Positions 45,295 to 51,545 of a stretch of DNA of 51,545 nucleotides are shown here, one piece after another (position 1 is the first letter of the stretch; every line of letters starts with the position of its first letter). Source of the DNA: Acidobacteriota bacterium (GTDB lineage: Bacteria > Acidobacteriota > Thermoanaerobaculia > Multivoradales > UBA5704); assembly GCA_040005235.1 (NCBI GenBank), contig JBDTZG010000040.1, forward strand, positions 1-51,545, given 5' to 3'. The position numbers and the translations under genes are program-made. The notes beneath the pieces were generated by a model. The model had not been told where the DNA came from and searched no databases. It saw nothing but the letters and a program-made list of their open reading frames with translations.

Positions 45295-48200
45295 TTAAGG
45301 GATGAAGCGCAACAGGCGGATCAAGTTCGAGTCGATATCGTACTCGAGCCAGGTCAAGGCGGCCGACGTGCCGTTGCTGGCGACCGACAGCCGTTCGCCG
45401 CCCTGGACGGAGAGCAGCGTACCGTCGTTGATGTCGATCGCCGGCCCTTCGGGCAGGCCGTTCGCGCCCGCGACGACCAGGCGCGGTCGAGCGATATCGA
45501 GAATGAGGCCTGGGTGCTCGAAGAACGTCACGACCGCCCGGCCGCCGCTCACCAGCGCGAGATTGGGGTGATCCGAAGGCGCCCCGTCATCCGACGTCAA
45601 CGTCGTGGGACCGACGGTGAGGATCGTCGCCGGATTCGCCGGTGAGCCGTCGCGATCATCGAGCGCCGGCTGGAAGCGGACGAGCTGGACTTCGCGCGCG
45701 ATCGGTCCGCGTTCGAAGACGACCGTGACCGAGCCATCGGCATTCATCGCCGGCGCGGCTTGTCCAACGTCTTGGCCCGAGGATGGAACCAGGTTGGTGG
45801 CATCGATCTTCACCGTCCCGGTCGTGCCGTCGAGCATCAGCTCATGGAGACCCCAGCCGTCGGTCTCGCCCTCGCAGGTGAAGAGCAGATGGACGGAACC
45901 TTCGGCCGCCGCCGCGAGCCGCGGCCGGGTGCTGCTGCCGAAATCCACGTGGCTGCGCAGGTGATCGCCGGGGTCTTCGACGATCTCCTGGCCCCCCCGC
46001 CGTACGCCCTTGCAATCGAACACGGCACGGTCGGCGAGGCGAACGGCGCCCGAGGAATCGCGTTGCTCGTAATGGATCTGATCGAAGTCTTCGCGGTTGC
46101 CGCAGCAGCCCCGGGTGGCCAGCTCGACCCACGCGAAGTGGACGCGCCCATCGGCGCCCACCGCAACTTCCGGATCGACCCGATCCGAGTTGCCGGCCGG
46201 GTTTCCGACCCCCGTCTCGCCGACGACAGTGATCACCGCAGGGTCGGCCGCCGAACCGTCACGGTCGTCGCGCGCCGGGTCGATCGCCAGATAACGAATT
46301 CCGTTGGAACCCGGCCAGACCATATGGAGGGTGCCGTTGGGCGCAAGCGCCGTGCGTGGCGCCGTCTGGAGCGAGCAATCCGTGGTCAGCTCGGTGTCGG
46401 CGATCGCCTTCGTGCCGTTGGCCGCCACCATCGAGTAGGTGACTTCCGAACAGTCGCCGCCGAGCCAGGTGAGATGGCTGTTGCCCAGGGCGTCCTGCTG
46501 CACCGCCGGACCGATGGCGTTGGCCTGCTCATTCACATGGGAAAGCGGTCGGTCGTCGCCCGCCACGTGCGGGTCGGTGCCGTCAAAGCGCACTTCCTGA
46601 CCGTCGGACCGCCCACCGCCGTCGGTGTCGCGGAGCTTCGGATCGGTGGCGGACGTCGCGATTTCGACGCCGTCGGAAAGTCCGTCGTCGTCCGTGTCCA
46701 GCCGCCGCGGATCGGTGTGATGGAGGTGCAGCTCGTCGCCGTCGGAGAGCCCGTCATGGTCGGTATCGGCGACGTTCGGATCGGTACCGGCGGCGTACTC
46801 TTCCCCGGCGGAGGCACCGTCGCCGTCGGTGTCGAGCCCGCCGTCGGACGGCGAGGTGGGATTCGTGCCCCGCGCCACTTCGACGCCGTCGGGCAGCCCG
46901 TCGCCGTCGCTGTCGGCGCGGGTCGGATCGGTGCCGCGCAGCGTCTCGTCCCGGTCGGAAAGACCGTCGCGGTCCGTGTCGCGCACCGTCGGATCGGTGT
47001 GCAGGACATGGACCTCTTGGCCGTCCGAGAGCCCGTCGCCGTCGGTGTCGGCGCGTCGGGGATGGGTCCCGGCGGCGTCTTCCGCGGCGTTGGTCAAGCC
47101 GTCGCCGTCCGGATCGAGCGCGCCGTCGCCGGCCGACAACGGATTGAAGCCGTAGCGGATCTCGAAGCCGTCGCGCGCGCCGTCGCCGTCGGTGTCGGCA
47201 ACCTGGGGGTTGGTCCCACGGGCCTCCTCGCCCAGATTTCCCAACCCGTCGCCGTCGGGATCGGGATTGATCACCGAGAGCATGAAATGGCTGCCGCTAT
47301 CCGGTCCGGTGCGAATCCAGGGCACGTAGTAGGTGCCGCCCACCGTCGCGGCGCCGCGGATCTCGCCGCCGACCTCGTAGAGGCCGCCCCGGCGCGTCGA
47401 AAGGTCGGGCAGGATGCGCGCGCCGTTCGCGTCGAAGGCATGGACCAGAAGGTCGTTGGCCGTCGGATCGAACTGATCATAGGAGGCGTAGGACAGGTAC
47501 GTTCCTCCGTCGCGGTCGAAGGCGACGCCGTTCAACGACGTCTCGATCGCCGTGGGAGAGGTCTCCGGTGTGGGCGCCACCGGCGTCGGCCCGGAGACCA
47601 CTAGAACCGCGGGGTCGGCGGGGTTGCCGTTGCGGTCGTCGAGACCCGGCTCCATCTCCAACCGGAGCGCTTGGAGCCCTCCCGGCGCGGACGAACCGTA
47701 CACAGCCGTCACCCGGTTGTCGTGCGCCGAAAGCGACGCGACGTGCGGTTGGAAATCGCTGGTCACCACGGGCGTGGCGTCGATGCGGACCGCGTTCGTC
47801 GTGCCGTCGAGCAGCCAGTACCAGAGGCTGGTCCGTTCGTCAGGAGCATACGCATTGCGCCGCGCGGAGACGGCGAGGTGCAAATCGCCTCCGGCGTCGA
47901 GCGTCGAGCCGAACCGCTCGGCGAGATCCCACGAGTCGGTGGTCGAGAGCTTGCGATCCAGAACGGTCGGATCGTCGCCCGCGGAGATGCGCGTCGCATG
48001 GAAAATGTCGAGATTGTTGCTGCCGCCGTCGTTGGCGAGCTCTTTGCGGCGCTCGATCCAGGCGACGTGGGCCACGCCCTGATCGTCGGCCACCAGGGTC
48101 GGAGCGAGGTCCAGGATGAATGTGAAGTTGCTCGGGATCGGTTCGAGCGGCAGGCCCCGCGGAGCCACCCGTTCGATCACGTTCGGGTCCGCCGGTGAGC

Positions 48201-51200
48201 CGTCGCGATCGTCGCGCGAGGGATCGAGCCGGGCGTACCAGAGGCGGGTCGAGCCTCCGCCGTCGTTGGTCGGCCACGCCAGATGGACGAGGCCGAGGCC
48301 GTCGATCGCGAGAGCGGGCCGATCTCCGTAGACGCAGAGGCCGGAAACTTGGGTCGGGCCGATCTTCGCTCGGCCGTTCCGGTCGCGTAGCGAGTAGTAG
48401 AGGTTGTTGCAGCTCGCCCCTTCGAACCAGGCGAGGTGAACGTCGCCCGCACGATCGACCACCGCCACCGGGTTGTGCGGGTCCGCGTCGGCCAGGTCAC
48501 CGTCGATCGCGATCGGACCGGAGTCATCGGCCGGATCGAGCGGATTCGTTCCGTCGGCGATCACTTCGTCGCCGTCGGCGACACCGCCGTTGTCCGTGTC
48601 GAGCCGCTTGGGATCGGTGCCCAGCGTGACCTCCCGGCCGTCGGCGAGCTTGTCGCCGTCGGTGTCGGATCGCGTCGGATCGGTCGTGTAGGTATGGACC
48701 TCAGCGCCATCGGAGAGGCCGTCGCCGTCGCTGTCGGCCACCCGCACGTCGGTGTGCGCTGTCGCCTCTTCGAGGTTCGTCAGGCCGTCGCCGTCGAGGT
48801 CGAGCGCACCGTCGGCCGCCGAGAGCGGATTGAGGCCGTGCGCCACCTCGTAACCGTCGGAAATTCCATCGCCATCGGTATCGGCCCGGTTCGGGTCGGT
48901 GCCCAGGCGGATCTCGTCGGCGTCGGACAACTGGTCGCCGTCGCTGTCGACGTAGGCGAAGAAGTTGGCGATCGCCGCCTGATCGTCCGACGTCAGGCGA
49001 GCGAGGGCCGTCGCCGGAAGCCGTTCCAGATCGGCCGCCGCGGTTGCGGCGTCCGCGCGGAGCGTCCGCAGCATCAGATAGTGCAGCAGCGCCACCTTCC
49101 CGCCCGGCGGCACCGTCACCCGGTAGAAGAACTGGAGGTCGTCGATGCTGGACGTCGGCGTTCGGGCATAGATCGGCCGGAGCCTGCCGCCCGGACCGGC
49201 GAACAGGTGGACGACGGCCGGAGCTCCGGAGCCGTCGTCGTCGTCGGTCACGGCCCATGAGTCGTGGAGGTCGAGCTGGTCGTCGCCGCTGCTGGTCGTC
49301 TGGAACGTAAGACGGTTGGCAAAGTAGGTATGGACATCGACGTTGGTCGTGATCGGCGCGCCGGTCGGATTTTCGAGCGTCTCGACATAGCGCGCAAATC
49401 CGGCGTCGTCGGGGACGTAAAACTTTCGCGAGACCAAGAGTCCGGTCGGTGTTTCCAGCGGCCCGAACAGCCATTGCCGCAGGTCGCCCGAGGCGAGGGG
49501 CTGGCCAAAGGTGTAGACCTGCTGGCTCGCGACGTCGAGCAGGGCACCGGAGCTGAAGGGGTGGCCGGTCGTGGCGCCGGAGACGTTGCCGCTGCCGCCG
49601 GAGAGAACCCACCGGAAGCCGAGCCCGTCGAGAGTGCCGACGGTGGGCGGCGAGGCGAGCCGGAAGTCGTCCGCGCCGTCGTTCGGGTCGGTGCCGTCGA
49701 TATTGATTTCCATCGAGTCGCTCCGGCCGCCTTCGTCGGAGTCGTCGTCGAGCGGATCGGTGTGATGGGAGAGCACTTCGGCGCCGTCGGACAGACCGTC
49801 GCCGTCGGTGTCGGGGCGGGTCGGATTCGTTCCTGCCACCTGCTCGGCCAGGTTGTCCAAGCCGTCGCCGTCGGGATCGAGATGTTGTTCGCCGGCCACG
49901 AGCGGATTGAAGCCGTACCGCGATTCGAAGCCGTCCAGAAGACCGTCGCCGTCGCTGTCGGGGTTCGCCGGATCGGTGCCGGCGACCGTCTCGTCGGCAT
50001 CCGACAGCCCGTCGAAATCGAGGTCGGCGAAGGCGAAGAAGTTGACGATCGCCGCCGGCTCGTCCGGCTCCAGGCCGGATCGCGCCGAGCCGCGCAGATG
50101 CGTGAGGTCGGCCGCCTTCGCCGTCGCCGCCGCGCGCTCTCCCTGCTGGGTGAGGAAGTGCATGACGATCGCCTTGCCGCCGGCCGGAATCCGCAGCTCG
50201 TAGGCGAACGTCGTGAGCGACGGCTTCTGGGTCGCCTCGTCGGCGGAGAGCCGTGCGCCGGGGCCGGCGAACGCCAGCGCGACCGGCGGCTGCACGTCTC
50301 CCACTCCGCCATCGTCGTCGTCGAGCGACAACCAATGGTCGGCGCGGTCGAACGCCGCGTCGCCGCTCGAAGTCGAGAGGATCTGCACCGCTCCTCGCTC
50401 CCGCGAGCGTGCCGTCAGGCGCACCAACACCGGCTCGGTGGTCGGGTTTTCGACGATCTCCAAGTAGCGGGCGAACGTGTCGTCGGTCGGCACGAACACC
50501 TTGCGCGTCACCTTGAGCCCCGCGTTCGCGCCGGTCGTGGGCAGCCAGGGGCCGACCAGCAGCTCGCGCCCACCCGGTTCGGTCCGCGCCGTGGCGAAGC
50601 CGGGGAAGCTCTGACCGTTCAACTCCAGGTTCGCCGCGCCGGACCAGGCGAGGCTGCCGGCGAAGATCGAGCCGTTCCGCTGCACGTCCCAACGGAAACC
50701 TTCCGCATCCTGCAGCTCGGTCGGCAGATTCCTGAGGCCGAAGTCGTCGGCCGCATTCAGCGGATCGGTACCGTCGCGCACCTCGTCGCCATCGTTTCGT
50801 CCACCGCCGTCGGTATCGGCCAGCGTCGGATTCGTGTGGTGGACGTGGACCTCGGCGCCGTCGGTCAAGCCGTCGCCGTCGGTGTCGGTGACCAGCGGGT
50901 TCGAATGGTGGACGTTCACCTCGTCGCCGTCGTTCAAGCCATCGTCGTCGGTGTCAGGATCGTTGGGCAGCGTGTGGGCGGCGAATTCCCCCAGGTTGTC
51001 CAGGCCGTCGCCGTCCGGATCGAGATGGGCGTCGCCCGCGCTCAGCGGATCGAGACCGCCCGAGACTTCGAAGCCGTCGGTCAGGCCGTCGTCATCGCTA
51101 TCCGGATTGTTCGGATCGGTGCCGAGCCTCGCCTCGTCGGCGTCCGAGAGGCGGTCGAGGTCGGCGTCGGGATAGGCGAAGAAATTGAGGATCTCCCCCT

Positions 51201-51543
51201 GCTCTTCGGCCGAAAGGCCACGCAGAGCCGCGATCCCGAACGGCGCGAGCGGGCCCAACCGAGCCAGCCGGTCCGCCGTGGACATCGCTTCCGAGCGGTT
51301 CGTTCTTTGAATCCCGAACGAGAGGATCGCGCGTTTCTCGCCCCCGGGGATGTGAAAGCGGTAGACCCAGCTCACGTGGCCGCCGCCCGGCGCCGTCGTG
51401 GCGACGGAGACGGGGCGCAGGACTCCCGTGGGACCGGCGAGGACGTGGGCCACGGCCGGACGGCCGACGCCGTCCAGGTCGTCGGTCAATATCCAGTCGT
51501 CGTTGGGCAGGAACTGCAGGTCGCCGCTGCCGGTCTTGACCAG
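45295..51543 (-). CDS. Giant surface/secreted protein with bacterial thrombospondin type 3 (DxDGDG) Ca-binding repeats (>2080 aa, 5' end outside window)
   Basis: Frame is open to the window edge. Four clusters of DxDGDGLxDxxE...TDP repeats alternate with repeated globular domains. Confidence 0.9.
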   Translation of the reverse strand: MVKTGSGDLQFLPNDDWILTDDLDGVGRPAVAHVLAGPTGVLRPVSVATTAPGGGHVSWVYRFHIPGGEKRAILSFGIQRTNRSEAMSTADRLARLGPLAPFGIAALRGLSAEEQGEILNFFAYPDADLDRLSDADEARLGTDPNNPDSDDDGLTDGFEVSGGLDPLSAGDAHLDPDGDGLDNLGEFAAHTLPNDPDTDDDGLNDGDEVNVHHSNPLVTDTDGDGLTDGAEVHVHHTNPTLADTDGGGRNDGDEVRDGTDPLNAADDFGLRNLPTELQDAEGFRWDVQRNGSIFAGSLAWSGAANLELNGQSFPGFATARTEPGGRELLVGPWLPTTGANAGLKVTRKVFVPTDDTFARYLEIVENPTTEPVLVRLTARSRERGAVQILSTSSGDAAFDRADHWLSLDDDDGGVGDVQPPVALAFAGPGARLSADEATQKPSLTTFAYELRIPAGGKAIVMHFLTQQGERAAATAKAADLTHLRGSARSGLEPDEPAAIVNFFAFADLDFDGLSDADETVAGTDPANPDSDGDGLLDGFESRYGFNPLVAGEQHLDPDGDGLDNLAEQVAGTNPTRPDTDGDGLSDGAEVLSHHTDPLDDDSDEGGRSDSMEINIDGTDPNDGADDFRLASPPTVGTLDGLGFRWVLSGGSGNVSGATTGHPFSSGALLDVASQQVYTFGQPLASGDLRQWLFGPLETPTGLLVSRKFYVPDDAGFARYVETLENPTGAPITTNVDVHTYFANRLTFQTTSSGDDQLDLHDSWAVTDDDDGSGAPAVVHLFAGPGGRLRPIYARTPTSSIDDLQFFYRVTVPPGGKVALLHYLMLRTLRADAATAAADLERLPATALARLTSDDQAAIANFFAYVDSDGDQLSDADEIRLGTDPNRADTDGDGISDGYEVAHGLNPLSAADGALDLDGDGLTNLEEATAHTDVRVADSDGDGLSDGAEVHTYTTDPTRSDTDGDKLADGREVTLGTDPKRLDTDNGGVADGDEVIADGTNPLDPADDSGPIAIDGDLADADPHNPVAVVDRAGDVHLAWFEGASCNNLYYSLRDRNGRAKIGPTQVSGLCVYGDRPALAIDGLGLVHLAWPTNDGGGSTRLWYARLDPSRDDRDGSPADPNVIERVAPRGLPLEPIPSNFTFILDLAPTLVADDQGVAHVAWIERRKELANDGGSNNLDIFHATRISAGDDPTVLDRKLSTTDSWDLAERFGSTLDAGGDLHLAVSARRNAYAPDERTSLWYWLLDGTTNAVRIDATPVVTSDFQPHVASLSAHDNRVTAVYGSSAPGGLQALRLEMEPGLDDRNGNPADPAVLVVSGPTPVAPTPETSPTAIETSLNGVAFDRDGGTYLSYASYDQFDPTANDLLVHAFDANGARILPDLSTRRGGLYEVGGEIRGAATVGGTYYVPWIRTGPDSGSHFMLSVINPDPDGDGLGNLGEEARGTNPQVADTDGDGARDGFEIRYGFNPLSAGDGALDPDGDGLTNAAEDAAGTHPRRADTDGDGLSDGQEVHVLHTDPTVRDTDRDGLSDRDETLRGTDPTRADSDGDGLPDGVEVARGTNPTSPSDGGLDTDGDGASAGEEYAAGTDPNVADTDHDGLSDGDELHLHHTDPRRLDTDDDGLSDGVEIATSATDPKLRDTDGGGRSDGQEVRFDGTDPHVAGDDRPLSHVNEQANAIGPAVQQDALGNSHLTWLGGDCSEVTYSMVAANGTKAIADTELTTDCSLQTAPRTALAPNGTLHMVWPGSNGIRYLAIDPARDDRDGSAADPAVITVVGETGVGNPAGNSDRVDPEVAVGADGRVHFAWVELATRGCCGNREDFDQIHYEQRDSSGAVRLADRAVFDCKGVRRGGQEIVEDPGDHLRSHVDFGSSTRPRLAAAAEGSVHLLFTCEGETDGWGLHELMLDGTTGTVKIDATNLVPSSGQDVGQAAPAMNADGSVTVVFERGPIAREVQLVRFQPALDDRDGSPANPATILTVGPTTLTSDDGAPSDHPNLALVSGGRAVVTFFEHPGLILDIARPRLVVAGANGLPEGPAIDINDGTLLSVQGGERLSVASNGTSAALTWLEYDIDSNLIRLLRFIP

Positions 51544-51545
51544 CA

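Noticed and set aside
45295-51543. DNA repeats GCCGTCGCCGTC as a non-coding array
   Set aside because: Fully explained by the encoded DGDG calcium-binding repeats.

Overview
High-GC bacterial window. The gene content (CRTAC1/ASPIC-UnbV proteins, TPR-multiheme cytochrome, Rpn, giant TSP3-repeat protein) resembles Acidobacteriota such as Thermoanaerobaculia; this taxonomy is inference only. Housekeeping genes are tdh-kbl, fhs, a MacAB-TolC-like exporter, pepA and purC. The standout is an unusual group 2a (Hup/Huc-type) [NiFe]-hydrogenase locus at 3255-14342, arranged as two divergent arms. Right arm: MglA-family GTPase, small subunit, large subunit, then a protein with two Roadblock/MglB-like domains fused to a HiPIP-like 4-Cys module. 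Left arm: a second small subunit (about 78% identical by hand count), a standalone copy of the 4-Cys module, a conserved unknown protein, a TPR protein, two small membrane proteins, a NifU-Rieske fusion and a split, catalytically degenerate HypF. hypA-E and the maturation protease are absent from the window. My inference is that this is an H2/redox-responsive small-GTPase (MglA/MglB-like) switch built on a hydrogenase. Other items: an Rpn gene with an internal SD+ATG (RpnS-type antitoxin), a non-coding ~20-bp/61-bp periodic array upstream of an ATPase-nuclease gene, a decayed RHH/Fic pair cut by a REP-like inverted pair, a divergent class III cyclase-like protein, a TetR promoter with two operators, and two CRTAC1-TPR modules, one with a pentaheme cytochrome. 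All family calls come from motif recognition by eye; no database searches were run.
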